Assembly: GCA_046583355.1 (NCBI GenBank)
Contig: JAYGCM010000009.1
Span: 1 to 64,000 of the forward strand
Direction: 5' to 3'
Origin: Deltaproteobacteria bacterium
GTDB lineage: Bacteria > Desulfobacterota > Binatia > UBA12015
DNA length: 64,000 nt
Below are positions 50,321-60,311 of the stretch, piece after piece. A program made the translations under genes and the position numbers. Each line of letters starts with the position of its first letter. Position 1 is the first letter of the stretch. Under the pieces are notes generated by a model, which was not told the DNA's origin, made no database searches, and was given only the letters and a program-made list of their open reading frames with translations.

Positions 50321-51916
50321 ATGTCGCGCTTGAAAACCGAGAATTTGCTGGCCGCCGGGAGCCTCTGGGGGCTGATTGAGAAACGCGCCGCCGCCACGCC
50401 CGATGCCCTTTTTGCGGTCGATGAAAACGACCGCGAGCTGACCTTCCAAGGCTACCGCGATGCTTGTGAGCGGGCTGCGGCCGGGCTGATGGCGCATGGC
50501 GTCGCCACCGGCACGCATGTCTCGTGGATGCTGCCGACCTGGTTTGAGTCGATGGTGCTGGTGGGCGCGCTGGCGCGTCTCGGCGCGGTGCAGAACCCGA
50601 TCCTGCCGATCTACCGGCATAAAGAGGTCGGCTTCATCGCGCAGCAATTCGATACCAAGCTGCTGATTTTGCCGCCGGCCAATGAAAAATTCGACTACCC
50701 GCAGATGGGCCAGGATCTCCAGGCCGAGCGTAAAGGCATGGCCGTGCTGGTCTGCGACCATGCGCTACCCGAAGGCGACCCCGCCGCCCTGCCGGCCAAG
50801 CCGGCGGAAACCAACGACGCCGACGCACCTATGCGCTGGGTCTTCTACAGCTCTGGCACCACGGCCGACCCCAAGGGCGCCCTGCATACGGATCTTACGC
50901 TTTACGCGTCAGCGCGCGGCATGGCCGCCTGCCTGCACCTCGACCCGAGCGACCGCGTGGCCTTGGTCTTTCCCTTCACGCACGTCGGCGGGATCGGCTG
51001 GCTGGGCAGCGTCCTCGCGTCAGGCGCGGCCTTCATCGTCGTGCCGGCATTCAACGCCAAGACAACGCCTGAGGTGCTCGCGCGCCACGGTGTGACCCAG
51101 GCCACCGCCGGTACGGCCTTCCACCAGGCCTACCTGGCGGCGCAGAGGGCACGCCGCGCGGCCGGCGACGACTCGCCGCTCTTCGCGCAGGTGCGCAGCT
51201 TTCCCGGTGGCGGCGCGCCCAAGCCACCGCAACTTCATACCGAGTTGCGCGAAGAGATGGGCGGTGTCGGTATCGTCTCGGGCTACGGCATGACCGAATG
51301 CCCGATCATGACGATGGCGGCGATCACCGACCCAGCCGAGGCGCTGGCCAATACCGAAGGCAAGGCATCGCCGCCGGAGGTCGAATTTCGCATCGTCACC
51401 TTGGCCGGCCCCGACGCCGGACTCGGCGAAGAAGGCGAGATCCGGGTAAAGGCGCCGCAGCTCTGCCGCGGCTATCTGGAGGAGTCGCTCAACGAAAAAG
51501 CCTGGGACGAAAAGGGCTTCTTCCATACCGGCGACCTCGGCCACCTGGATGCAGACGGCTTTCTCACCATCACCAGGCGCTTGAAGGATGTGATCATCCG
51601 CAAGGGTGAGAATATCAGCGCCAAGGAAGTCGAAGACCTGCTCTACGAGCACGAATTGGTCGAAGATGTCGCGGTGATCGGCGTCCCCGATGCCGACACC
51701 GGCGAGCGTGCGTGTGCCATCGTGCAGACGCCTGCGGGCAAAGAAGCCCTCGGCTTCGCCGCCATGGTTGCCTGGCTGAAGGGACGTGGGCTGATGAACC
51801 AGAAGATCCCCGAGCAGCTCGAGGTGCTCGCGCTGGTGCCGCGCAACGCGACCGGCAAGATCGACAAAAAGGGCCTGCGCGAGACCTACAAGGATTCGCC
51901 GCGACCGCCACGATGA
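50321..51916 (+). CDS. AMP-dependent acyl-CoA ligase (cyclohexanecarboxylate-CoA ligase-like)
   Basis: YSSGTTADPKG, GYGMTE, FHTGDLG, IIRKGENISAKEVED, PRNATGK. Confidence 0.88.
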   Translation: MSRLKTENLLAAGSLWGLIEKRAAATPDALFAVDENDRELTFQGYRDACERAAAGLMAHGVATGTHVSWMLPTWFESMVLVGALARLGAVQNPILPIYRHKEVGFIAQQFDTKLLILPPANEKFDYPQMGQDLQAERKGMAVLVCDHALPEGDPAALPAKPAETNDADAPMRWVFYSSGTTADPKGALHTDLTLYASARGMAACLHLDPSDRVALVFPFTHVGGIGWLGSVLASGAAFIVVPAFNAKTTPEVLARHGVTQATAGTAFHQAYLAAQRARRAAGDDSPLFAQVRSFPGGGAPKPPQLHTELREEMGGVGIVSGYGMTECPIMTMAAITDPAEALANTEGKASPPEVEFRIVTLAGPDAGLGEEGEIRVKAPQLCRGYLEESLNEKAWDEKGFFHTGDLGHLDADGFLTITRRLKDVIIRKGENISAKEVEDLLYEHELVEDVAVIGVPDADTGERACAIVQTPAGKEALGFAAMVAWLKGRGLMNQKIPEQLEVLALVPRNATGKIDKKGLRETYKDSPRPPR

Positions 51917-52443
51917 CCGGCTTGGAGAAGGCAGTCGCACGCGACGAGATCCGCCAGCTCGTCTACCGCTACGCGCACGCAACCGACATGCGCGACCTCG
52001 ATATGCTGGTCGCCTGCTTCATCCCGAACGTGCAGGTCGGCCGCGACTCCTTTGGTCGCGACGCGCTGCGGGCCAATTTCGCCCAGCAATTGCGCGGTGT
52101 GGGCATCACGATTCTCTTTGTCGGCAACCACCGCATCGACTTCCAGGACGCGACGCATGCCACCGGCAGCGTCTATTGCAAAGGCGAGATCCAGGACGAC
52201 AAGCGCTGGATCCACCAGGCGATCCGCTACGACGATACCTACCAGCAGGTAGACGGCCAGTGGCTGCTGGTGCGGCGCAAGCACCTGCTCTGGTATGGCG
52301 CCGAGCCCGGGCAGAACCCCCTTGATCTTGCCCCGGCCGATTGGCCCGCCCACCATAGCGGCAAGGGCACCTTGCCGGAATGTGAGGAGAGCTGGCAGAC
52401 TTTCTGGGCCGCGGACGCCTGCCACGAGCCGAAGCAAAGCTGA
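51913..52443 (+). CDS. SnoaL/NTF2-like protein
   Basis: RDEIRQLVYRYA..D.RD..F..GNHRIDF..ATG..RYDDTY..W..RR; ATGA coupling. Confidence 0.85.
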   Translation: MTGLEKAVARDEIRQLVYRYAHATDMRDLDMLVACFIPNVQVGRDSFGRDALRANFAQQLRGVGITILFVGNHRIDFQDATHATGSVYCKGEIQDDKRWIHQAIRYDDTYQQVDGQWLLVRRKHLLWYGAEPGQNPLDLAPADWPAHHSGKGTLPECEESWQTFWAADACHEPKQS

Positions 52444-52512
52444 GCCAGTCGTCTACAAGTCAGTCGTCTACAGCAGCGGCGCCATGCCGGCGCAGACGGA
52501 GATCCTGAATTC

Positions 52513-53772
52513 ATGAAAAACTATTTGTCTATTCTACTGCTCGCGGCAATGGTGATGGGTTGCGCGGCAAGGCGCGCCCCTTCGACTGAAAACACCGGCG
52601 AGCCCTGGGCCTCCCTGCGCGCCATGGGCGACTCCCTGCATCAGGCGGCTGCCGTGGGCGAGAAGGCCCGCGCCGCCGGCAGCGACCGCGAAAACGCCGC
52701 GGGCGGGCGCTACCTCGCCGAGATCACTCTGCAACAGCTACGCCGGGCGGTGTTCTCGGACCCCGACCACCCGGTGTTCCGGCCAAGCTGGCCCGAGTCG
52801 GCCCATACCGGGCTGGTCAACCCTGACAACCTCTACGAGACCACCTCGATTCGACCGGGTGTCGACTATCTTGTGCGGGGAACGCGCGGCTCGACTGCCG
52901 ACCTCGTATTCCAGGTCTATGAGAGTAGCCCGGGGCTCAAGGGGAGCCTGCGCGGGGTCTCCACGCTGACCCTGGACGACCTCCATATTGCCGATGATGG
53001 CAGCTTCGAGATCCGCGTCGGGCCGACCCGGCACGAGAAGAACTGGCTACTCACCGACGCCACCTCCGGCATGCTGCTGATCCGCTGGTCGCATTCCGAT
53101 TGGGCCACAGAGCGCGCCGGTCGGGTAGAGATCCTGCCCGTACTCGGTGCCGGGGGCGGCTCCGCAGATCTCGCTGTGGCAGACATCGCGGGCGGGCTGC
53201 GCGATGCCGGCAACGCGGTTCCCGATGTCGGTCAATTTTGGCTGGATTTCGCCAGCAAGATCCGTTTCTTTACGGGCAAGAACGAAGTCATGAAACCGCG
53301 CATCACGGGCAGCGGTGGTCTGGAAGGCCAGGTCTCGGCGATGGGTCAATTCTCGCTTGCCGAAGACGAGGCCCTGATCCTCACCGTCCCCGCGACTGAC
53401 GCGCCCTACCAGGGCGTGCAACTCGGGAATTATTGGTTCGACGCTCTCGAATGGGCCAATCGGCAGACCAGCCTCTCCGGCGGACAGGCGCGTCTGGGCA
53501 GCGACGGGCGCTACCATTATGTGATCGCGGCAACGGACCCGCTTGTCGCCAATTGGCTCGACACGACCGGGCTGCCCGAAGGCCTATTTTTCCTTCGCTT
53601 CCAGGGACTCCGGACTCCCATCGCTGACGACCAGATGCCAACAACCAAACTCATCAAGCTCACCGAAGTCGTGGCTCATCTGCCCGCCGGTACGCCGAGA
53701 TTTGACGCCGCGGCACGCCGCGAGCAGCTTGCCACGCGCCAGATCCAATTACAGCGCCGCTACGGCCGCTGA
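52513..53772 (+). CDS. DUF1214 domain lipoprotein
   Basis: Lipobox VMGC; NPDNLY..Y.VRGTRG..DGSFEI..NWL; L.EDEALIL..QLGNYW..DP..NWLDTTG. Confidence 0.8.
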   Translation: MKNYLSILLLAAMVMGCAARRAPSTENTGEPWASLRAMGDSLHQAAAVGEKARAAGSDRENAAGGRYLAEITLQQLRRAVFSDPDHPVFRPSWPESAHTGLVNPDNLYETTSIRPGVDYLVRGTRGSTADLVFQVYESSPGLKGSLRGVSTLTLDDLHIADDGSFEIRVGPTRHEKNWLLTDATSGMLLIRWSHSDWATERAGRVEILPVLGAGGGSADLAVADIAGGLRDAGNAVPDVGQFWLDFASKIRFFTGKNEVMKPRITGSGGLEGQVSAMGQFSLAEDEALILTVPATDAPYQGVQLGNYWFDALEWANRQTSLSGGQARLGSDGRYHYVIAATDPLVANWLDTTGLPEGLFFLRFQGLRTPIADDQMPTTKLIKLTEVVAHLPAGTPRFDAAARREQLATRQIQLQRRYGR

Positions 53773-53790
53773 GCCCAAGGAAGAACCGAG

Positions 53791-54765
53791 ATGGAAGAGA
53801 CGCAGAGATTTCGTGACCAGAATGTGACCTTGGCGGGAATTCCCGGCGAGAACGTCGAGATTCCCAGCGCCAACCCGGTGAATTTTCATCAAGCCATGGC
53901 CGAGCCGGATGCCGCGCCCGGGATCGTCGTCGACGGAAAATTCTTCCTGCCCGCGGGGACCGGGCCCTTCCCGCTGATCCTGATCGTGCCAGGCAGCCTC
54001 GGCGTCGGCCCCAACCACCTCGCGCATGCGGAGACCTTGCTCGGCGAGGGCTTCGCCGTCTTCGTCCTTGACCCATTCGGCCAGCGCGCGATCGAGTCGA
54101 CGATAGCCAACCAGACCCAATATTCGTTTGCTGCCAGCGCCTTTGATGTGCTCGCGGCGCTGCGCGTGCTGGGCGAGCATGCCGCAATCGACGCCACTCG
54201 CATTGCCGCGCAGGGCCACAGCCGCGGCGGCTCGGCCATCTTGATGGCATCCATGCGACGCTTTGCCGACGCGATCCTTGGCGAAGGCAAGGGGCTCGTG
54301 GCTGCCTACGCTGCCTACCCCTGGTGCGGCCAGCAATTCCGCGACGCGCGCGTCGGCACCACACGCATCCGTGCCATCGTCGGTGACCGGGATGATTGGG
54401 TCTCGATCCAGCAGATGCAGGCCCAGATCCATGCGATCACGCTATCCGGCGGTGCCGCATCCGACAGGATCGTCACCGGTGCCGCGCATAGCTTCGATCG
54501 TCTCGGCGCAATCGAGAAGCTCGCCGACGCCATGGTCGCGCCGACCGCGCCCACGATCTTTCTCAACGACGACGGCGCAATGACCAACCCCTTCACCGGT
54601 GTCGCCGACGCAAACACTACCGATTACGACCTCTTCGTCGCCGGTGCGAAGGCCGGCTTCGGCCGCAGCGGCGCCCATTACGGGGGCCAGGGCGACCAAC
54701 CCGCCCTCTTCAAAGCCGATATGCTCGCCTTCCACCGCCCGACACTCACCGCCCACCGCAGCTAG
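53791..54765 (+). CDS. Alpha/beta hydrolase (dienelactone hydrolase family)
   Basis: GHSRGG nucleophile elbow, GDRDDW, AAHSFD. Confidence 0.85.
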   Translation: MEETQRFRDQNVTLAGIPGENVEIPSANPVNFHQAMAEPDAAPGIVVDGKFFLPAGTGPFPLILIVPGSLGVGPNHLAHAETLLGEGFAVFVLDPFGQRAIESTIANQTQYSFAASAFDVLAALRVLGEHAAIDATRIAAQGHSRGGSAILMASMRRFADAILGEGKGLVAAYAAYPWCGQQFRDARVGTTRIRAIVGDRDDWVSIQQMQAQIHAITLSGGAASDRIVTGAAHSFDRLGAIEKLADAMVAPTAPTIFLNDDGAMTNPFTGVADANTTDYDLFVAGAKAGFGRSGAHYGGQGDQPALFKADMLAFHRPTLTAHRS

Positions 54766-54861
54766 ATCGTTCCAACATAGGCAAGGGGCGGGGCCGACTG
54801 AGTCGATCACCAAGCCGCCGCTGGCTCATAAATGCCTCTTGCGGTTAGACTCTTCTTCGAG

Positions 54862-55479
54862 ATGAAACTCTATACCTTTGATGGCGCGCCGAACCCCCGA
54901 CGGGTGCAAATCTTTCTTGCAGAGAAGGGAATCGAGATTCCCACCGAGCAAGTCAATATCATGAAAGGCGAGAGCCGGAAGCCCGAGTTCCGCGAGCGCG
55001 TAAACCTGATGGGCGGGCTTCCTGTACTGGAACTCGACGACGGCTCTCATATCGCTGAGTCGATCGCCATCTGCCGCTACCTTGAGGCCTGCCATCCCGA
55101 ACCGGCGCTCTTCGGCGGCAATGCGCGGGAGCAAGCACATGTCGAGATGTGGACCCGCCGAATCGAGTTCAACTTCATGGTGCCGGTCGGCCTGGTTTGG
55201 ATTCACGGCTCGCCGCTGACCAAGGCCGTAGTCAAAAGCCAAATCCCCGAGGTAGCGGAGCAGAACCGCGACACCGTGCGAAACTATTTCCAGTTCCTCG
55301 ACCGCCATCTTGAGCAGCATGAGTTCCTCGCAGGCAGCAGCTTCTCGGTGGCCGATATCACCGCCTTCTGCACGCTCGAGTTCGCCGCCAACCTCAACGA
55401 TCTACCCCATACGAGCGAGCAGAAGCACCTATCACGCTGGGCCACCGCCCTGGCCGCCCGCCCCAGCATCGCCTCGTAA
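54862..55479 (+). CDS. Glutathione S-transferase family protein
   Basis: APNPRRVQIFLAEKG, LPVLELDDG..IAESIAICRYLE, FSVADI. Confidence 0.92.
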   Translation: MKLYTFDGAPNPRRVQIFLAEKGIEIPTEQVNIMKGESRKPEFRERVNLMGGLPVLELDDGSHIAESIAICRYLEACHPEPALFGGNAREQAHVEMWTRRIEFNFMVPVGLVWIHGSPLTKAVVKSQIPEVAEQNRDTVRNYFQFLDRHLEQHEFLAGSSFSVADITAFCTLEFAANLNDLPHTSEQKHLSRWATALAARPSIAS

Positions 55480-55580
55480 CCAGCAAAGACCGCAGCCTGG
55501 AGGCAAGGCTCGCCAGGCGATTAGCCGGTGGCGGAACAACCGAGCCGACGCGCACTCTTGGGGTGAGCAAATAGCGCCGG

Positions 55581-55603
55581 CGGCTTTTCGGCCGGGCCTC
55601 CAG
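55581..55603 (-). repeat. Dispersed repeat family A copy (degenerate partner near 55496)
   Basis: Minus strand CTGGAGGCCCGGCCGAAAAGCCG. Confidence 0.6.
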
Positions 55604-55648
55604 AGGCGGCAGGTTCCCGCTTGCGCTCTTCTTCGTTAGGCTGAGAGC

Positions 55649-56542
55649 ATGGCTGGAATTGCGGTTCCCATTTCATTGGCGAGTGCTGGTGATGTCGATT
55701 CGGCTCTTGCGCTGGGCGTGCGGGCCGCCGGGGGTGGTGCGGACCTGATTGAATGGCGGGTCGATAGGCTGGCGTCCGAAGATGCGGGGCCGGCTGCGGT
55801 CGAGCGTCTGGTGCGTGAAGGCGCGTTGCCGGCCATCGTCACTTGTCGTGCCGCCGACGAAGGGGGTGCCTTTACCGGCACCGAGGGCGAGCGGGTCGGC
55901 CTGCTCGACCACCTATTGGTCGCGGGCGCGATCCCGGCCTATGTCGATGTGGAATACGGCCGCTGGATTGCCAGCAGCGATCTGGCCGATGCCACCTCTG
56001 GCTTGCGCGTCAAGGGAACGAAAATCATTCTCTCGGCACATGATTTCAGCGGCCGGCCTGAGAAGCTCGACGATATCTTTCTTCGCATCGACGAAGCGCC
56101 GGGAAGTGACGTCACCAAAGTCGCATGGCGGGCTGAGTCCGTACTCGACTCGCTGGAATGTGCCGCCAGGCTCCAGCAGCGGCGACGCGAGACGATCGTC
56201 CTCTGCATGGGTGAGCCGGGGCTGCTGACGCGCGTCTTCGCCGGCCTTTGGGGTGGGCTGCTTACCTTTGCGGCACTGGAGGCCGGCCAGGGCTCGGCGC
56301 CCGGACAGCCGACACTCAAAGAATTGCGCGAAACCTACCGCATCGCTGAGATCGACGGCGACACGGAATTGCATCCGATTTTCGGCGACGCAAGCGAGGC
56401 GCGGGCGGCCAATGCCGCGTTGCGCCGCGAGGGGCGCAACGCCGTCGCCCTACCCTTGGGCAAGCTGCCGATGCATCAGCAGTCGGCCATCCGGGAAGCG
56501 CTCGCGAACTCCCCCTTCGTGCGCCTGACCGCGACGGGCTAG
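55649..56542 (+). CDS. aroD: Type I 3-dehydroquinate dehydratase with a short C-terminal extension
   Basis: ADLIEWRVD, IVTCR..EGG, YVDVE, ILSAHDF, VTKVA (Schiff-base Lys), LCMGE.G..TR, SAPGQ. Confidence 0.88.
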   Translation: MAGIAVPISLASAGDVDSALALGVRAAGGGADLIEWRVDRLASEDAGPAAVERLVREGALPAIVTCRAADEGGAFTGTEGERVGLLDHLLVAGAIPAYVDVEYGRWIASSDLADATSGLRVKGTKIILSAHDFSGRPEKLDDIFLRIDEAPGSDVTKVAWRAESVLDSLECAARLQQRRRETIVLCMGEPGLLTRVFAGLWGGLLTFAALEAGQGSAPGQPTLKELRETYRIAEIDGDTELHPIFGDASEARAANAALRREGRNAVALPLGKLPMHQQSAIREALANSPFVRLTATG

Positions 56543-56643
56543 AGGCCCGACCGAAAAGTAGGTCTGCATCCGGGCGCCGCTTGCGGCCGCTGGACAGCGT
56601 CGCGCTCTCTGTGCAAAACCCTACCTTTCGGCCGGGCCTTCGG
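56539..56643. mobile_element. MITE/REP-like element (~105 bp) with ~24-bp terminal inverted repeats (family A)
   Basis: CTAGAGGCCCGACCGAAAAGTAGG ... CCTACCTTTCGGCCGGGCCTTCGG; no coding capacity. Confidence 0.6.
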
Positions 56644-56664
56644 ACCGCACGCGGCAGCGTCGCG

Positions 56665-57498
56665 TCAGAGCAGGCGCGCGTATTCGTCCAGCACCGGCAG
56701 CACCTCGTCGCGCCCGCCACACGGCAGGCGCAGGACGACTTCGGTGCAGCCGAGCTCGCGGTAATAATCGAGCTTGCCGGGACTCGGATAGACGCCCATG
56801 GGTACGAGATGCAGACTCTTCGGGTCGCGGCCGCGTTCTTCCATCCGCGCGTGGAGTTCGGGCATGGCCTCCTGCAGGCCGGCACCACCGATGGGAATCC
56901 AGCCGTCAGCGTATTCGGCGATATGGGCGAAGAGAATCGGGCCCGGCGCGCCGCCGATCAACACGCGGGGGCGCGGCTGCTGGATGGGCTTCGGCCATTG
57001 CCAGCTCTCGGTAAAAGAATAAAATTCACCCGCGAAGGCCGCGCGTTCGTTGGCCCAGAGCATCTGCATCGCCAACATGGCCTCGCGTACGCGCTTGCGG
57101 CGGCGGCGCACGTCGATGCCGTGGTTCTCCATCTCCTCGTGGTTCCAGCCGTAACCGATGCCGAAAACGAAGCGGCCCCCGGCAAGATGGTCGAGGGTGG
57201 CGAGTTGCTTGGCAAAGGTGATCGGGTCGTGTTGGGCCGGCAGGCCGATACCCGTGCCGAGAAGAATTTTCTCCGTGACTGAGGCCGCGGCGGCCAGTGC
57301 GATATAGGGGTCCAAGCTGCGCAGATATTCATCGCCAAGCACCTTATCGCCGGTCGGCGCAGGGGTGCGGCGGCTGGTCGGGATATGGGTATGCTCGGGA
57401 ATGTAGAGCGAATAAAATCCGCGTGCTTCGGCTTCGCGCGCGACCTCCACGACGTTCATGCAGGTATCGGTTGCGTGCAAGGTGACGCCGATTTTCAT
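56665..57498 (-). CDS. LLM-class (putatively F420-dependent) oxidoreductase, Rv2161c/Rv0953c-like
   Basis: PEHTHIP, LDPYIAL, HDPITFAKQLATLDHLAGGR, GWNHEE, WPKPIQ. Confidence 0.88.
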   Translation of the reverse strand: MKIGVTLHATDTCMNVVEVAREAEARGFYSLYIPEHTHIPTSRRTPAPTGDKVLGDEYLRSLDPYIALAAAASVTEKILLGTGIGLPAQHDPITFAKQLATLDHLAGGRFVFGIGYGWNHEEMENHGIDVRRRRKRVREAMLAMQMLWANERAAFAGEFYSFTESWQWPKPIQQPRPRVLIGGAPGPILFAHIAEYADGWIPIGGAGLQEAMPELHARMEERGRDPKSLHLVPMGVYPSPGKLDYYRELGCTEVVLRLPCGGRDEVLPVLDEYARLL

Positions 57499-58010
57499 TT
57501 TGGCTCCTTGCGTGCCCAGCCCGATTCAAAGGGCGCGAACATCACCGTCTCGAGCGCCATCGCGCTATGCAGCCATACGCCGCCGACGCGCTCGTAGGAA
57601 TCGGTCTCCACGCCTGCCATCCAGCGCTGCGAGCCGTCGGCCAGGGTGCAGGGTGCGAAAATATCCCAGACCCCGGTGGCCCGATCTCCTTGGACCTCGA
57701 TGCGCGGCTTCAGGAAAAAATGCCAGGCCCAGAGTACGCTTGGATTGGCCAGACGCGCGCAGATGGCCTCGCGGCCACGGCAGATACCAAGTGTCGGGCC
57801 GCCATCCCAGACGCCGTCCTCGGTGAAAAGCAGCGAGATCTGCTGCGCAATACGCCCCACTTCCGCAGGCTCGCGCAGGCCACCGCCGCGGCGGTGGCGG
57901 GAGTCGACCAAGGCGCCGTACTCGGCCTTCAGACGCTGGATCGCGAGCACACTCTCGCTCGCATCGAGACGTGCCTCCAGCCGTGCGATTCGTTCTTCGA
58001 GTTCCATCAT
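57495..58010 (-). CDS. SnoaL/NTF2-like protein (BaiE/LinA-like fold)
   Basis: RLE..AIQRLKAEY..D..LFTEDGVWD..GREAI..HFFLKPRIEV.GDRATG.W. Confidence 0.82.
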   Translation of the reverse strand: MMELEERIARLEARLDASESVLAIQRLKAEYGALVDSRHRRGGGLREPAEVGRIAQQISLLFTEDGVWDGGPTLGICRGREAICARLANPSVLWAWHFFLKPRIEVQGDRATGVWDIFAPCTLADGSQRWMAGVETDSYERVGGVWLHSAMALETVMFAPFESGWARKEPK

Positions 58011-58202
58011 AATCGATTCCGGCAGACAGCCATTGCCCGCCTGCCGAGGCAAGGCCGCCGCCTTCCACCTCGCCCATAACTCGCGACGAGCCTCAAGGGG
58101 CGAGAAGAAAAGCGCATGTGCCACGACCCCCGCCCCCACTTCCCTTCCCGCACAAGGTTGCTAAAGAGAATTCGAATTACCCATTTTTCAGGAGACATTA
58201 TC

Positions 58203-59321
58203 GTGCATACAAACCTTTGCGATCAGCTGGGAATCGACCTTCCCATTTTTGCGTTTACACATTGTCGCGACGTGGTTGTCGCCGTCAGCAAGGCGGGCGG
58301 CATCGGTGTGCTCGGCGCCGTCGGCTTCACTCCCGAACAGCTCAAAGTCGAATGCGATTGGATCGACGAGCATATCGGCGACCGCCCCTACGGCATCGAT
58401 ATTGTCATTCCGGGAAAATACGAGGGCATGGACGAACTCGACCCGGAAAAACTCGAGGAGCATCTGCGCTCGATGATTCCCGAGCAGCACCGCGCCTTCG
58501 CGAAGAAAGTCTATGCCGACCAGGGCATCCCCGAGATGCCCCCGGAAGAAAAGCACCATGAACTCCTCGGCTGGACGGCCGCGACGGCCTCACCGCAGGT
58601 CGACGAGGCTCTGCGCCACCCCAAGGTGAAACTCATCGCCAATGCGCTCGGCACGCCACCGGCCAATGTCATCGAGCAGGTCCATGCGGCCGGACGCCTG
58701 ATCGCCGCACTCTGCGGCAGCCCGGGCCAAGCCCTCAAGCACAAAGACGCCGGACTCGATATCATCATTGCCCAGGGCACCGAGGGCGGCGGACATACCG
58801 GCGAGGTCGGTAGCCTGGTGCTCTGGCCGCAGGTGATAGACGCCGTGGCGCCGACACCCATGCTCGCCGCCGGCGGCATCGGCACGGGCCGGCAGATTGC
58901 GGCCGCGATGGCGCTTGGCGCTGCCGGTGTCTGGACGGGCTCGCTTTGGCTCGCAGTCGAAGAGGCCGAGGCCTCCGACGCGCAGAAGCAGAGCTATTTC
59001 GATGCCACCAGCCGCGATACCGTGCGCTCGCGCTCGTTTACCGGCAAGCCGTGCCGCATGTTGAAAAATGAGTGGACCGAAGCCTGGGAGAACCCCGAGA
59101 ACCCGGACCCTCTCGGCATGCCGCTGCAAGGCATGGTCACGATGGACGCCGTGCAGCGCTCGCATCGCTACGCCGACGTCGCACAGAAGGTCGCCTTCAA
59201 CCCCGTCGGCCAGGTCGTTGGCATCATCAACGAGAGCGAATCCGTGCGCCAGCTGATGCAGCGCCTCTCCGAGGAGTACCTGTCGGCCATCGACCGGCTG
59301 GAGTCCTTGCAACCGCAGTAG
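58203..59321 (+). CDS. Nitronate monooxygenase/FabK-like flavoprotein (Rv1894c-like)
   Basis: [60 protein letters not shown] before GTG. Confidence 0.88.
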   Translation: MHTNLCDQLGIDLPIFAFTHCRDVVVAVSKAGGIGVLGAVGFTPEQLKVECDWIDEHIGDRPYGIDIVIPGKYEGMDELDPEKLEEHLRSMIPEQHRAFAKKVYADQGIPEMPPEEKHHELLGWTAATASPQVDEALRHPKVKLIANALGTPPANVIEQVHAAGRLIAALCGSPGQALKHKDAGLDIIIAQGTEGGGHTGEVGSLVLWPQVIDAVAPTPMLAAGGIGTGRQIAAAMALGAAGVWTGSLWLAVEEAEASDAQKQSYFDATSRDTVRSRSFTGKPCRMLKNEWTEAWENPENPDPLGMPLQGMVTMDAVQRSHRYADVAQKVAFNPVGQVVGIINESESVRQLMQRLSEEYLSAIDRLESLQPQ

Positions 59322-59341
59322 CCTTCCCGCAGCATCGGCAT

Positions 59342-60037
59342 ATGAACGATCCGCTCTCTCGCCTGCTCGGCGCCCTCAACTCGACGGCGTCGGGCGGCCA
59401 GATCCCCGCCGCCGCCGACGCACTTGCCGGCCGCGAAGAGTCGGTGCCGGTGCCGGCGCAGCATTTCGTACTCGGCACCCCGCTGGCGCCGCCCTTCCGC
59501 GAAGGCCTCGAAGAGATCGTCGTCGGCATGGGCTGCTTCTGGGGCGCCGAGAAATGCTTCTGGACACAGCCGGGCGTCTTCACCACGGCCGTCGGCTACG
59601 CCGCAGGCCATACCAAGAACCCCAGTTACGAAGAGGTCTGCAGCGGGCGCACCGGCCACAACGAGGTGGTGCTCGTGGTGTATGACCCCGCCATCGTCGC
59701 AACCGAGGAACTCCTGCAGATCTTCTGGGAAGCACACGACCCCACCCAGGGAATGCGCCAGGGCAACGATATGGGCACGCAATACCGCTCGGGCATCTAC
59801 ACCACGACGGCGGCGCAGGAAGAAGCCGCCATGGCCTCGAGCAAGCGCTACGAGGCGGCGCTGCAAGAATCCGGACGCGGCGCGATCACCACGGAAATCG
59901 TCGCCGCCGGCCCCTTCTACTACGCCGAAGAATACCACCAGCAATACCTGGCCAAGAACCCGCAAGGCTATTGCGGCCTCGGCGGCACGGGAGTGCGCTG
60001 CCCCTCCACAGGCGGCGATGGCTCACAAACAGGCTAG
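59342..60037 (+). CDS. msrA: Peptide-methionine (S)-S-oxide reductase
   Basis: [52 protein letters not shown]. Confidence 0.96.
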   Translation: MNDPLSRLLGALNSTASGGQIPAAADALAGREESVPVPAQHFVLGTPLAPPFREGLEEIVVGMGCFWGAEKCFWTQPGVFTTAVGYAAGHTKNPSYEEVCSGRTGHNEVVLVVYDPAIVATEELLQIFWEAHDPTQGMRQGNDMGTQYRSGIYTTTAAQEEAAMASSKRYEAALQESGRGAITTEIVAAGPFYYAEEYHQQYLAKNPQGYCGLGGTGVRCPSTGGDGSQTG

Positions 60038-60044
60038 AGGCCCG

Positions 60045-60311
60045 GCCCGTGGCATCCCATCCGGGGACTGTCTCCAGGTGGCTGCCGCGCACGAATCGAT
60101 GCGCGCCGGCGCCCTCCTCGGTTTCATGAAGGTGGATGAAGGCCTTCACCATGGTCGTGGCATTGCCGTCGACATGGAATTGTTCGGTGTCGAACAGGGG
60201 TAGATCGTTGACGAAACTGCGGGTCAGCTTCACAAAGCCGAGCAACGGCGGGCAACCCAGGTAGGCGCCGACAAGCTCCAGCAGCGCCGGGGAAAACGCG
60301 CCGGCCGGCGC
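60045..60311 (-). pseudogene. Fragment of a PhyH-like 2OG/Fe(II) dioxygenase
   Basis: LVGAYLG..QFHVD..KAFIHL..GAHRFVRGSH; in-frame stop immediately upstream, no N-terminus and no distal His region. Confidence 0.55.
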
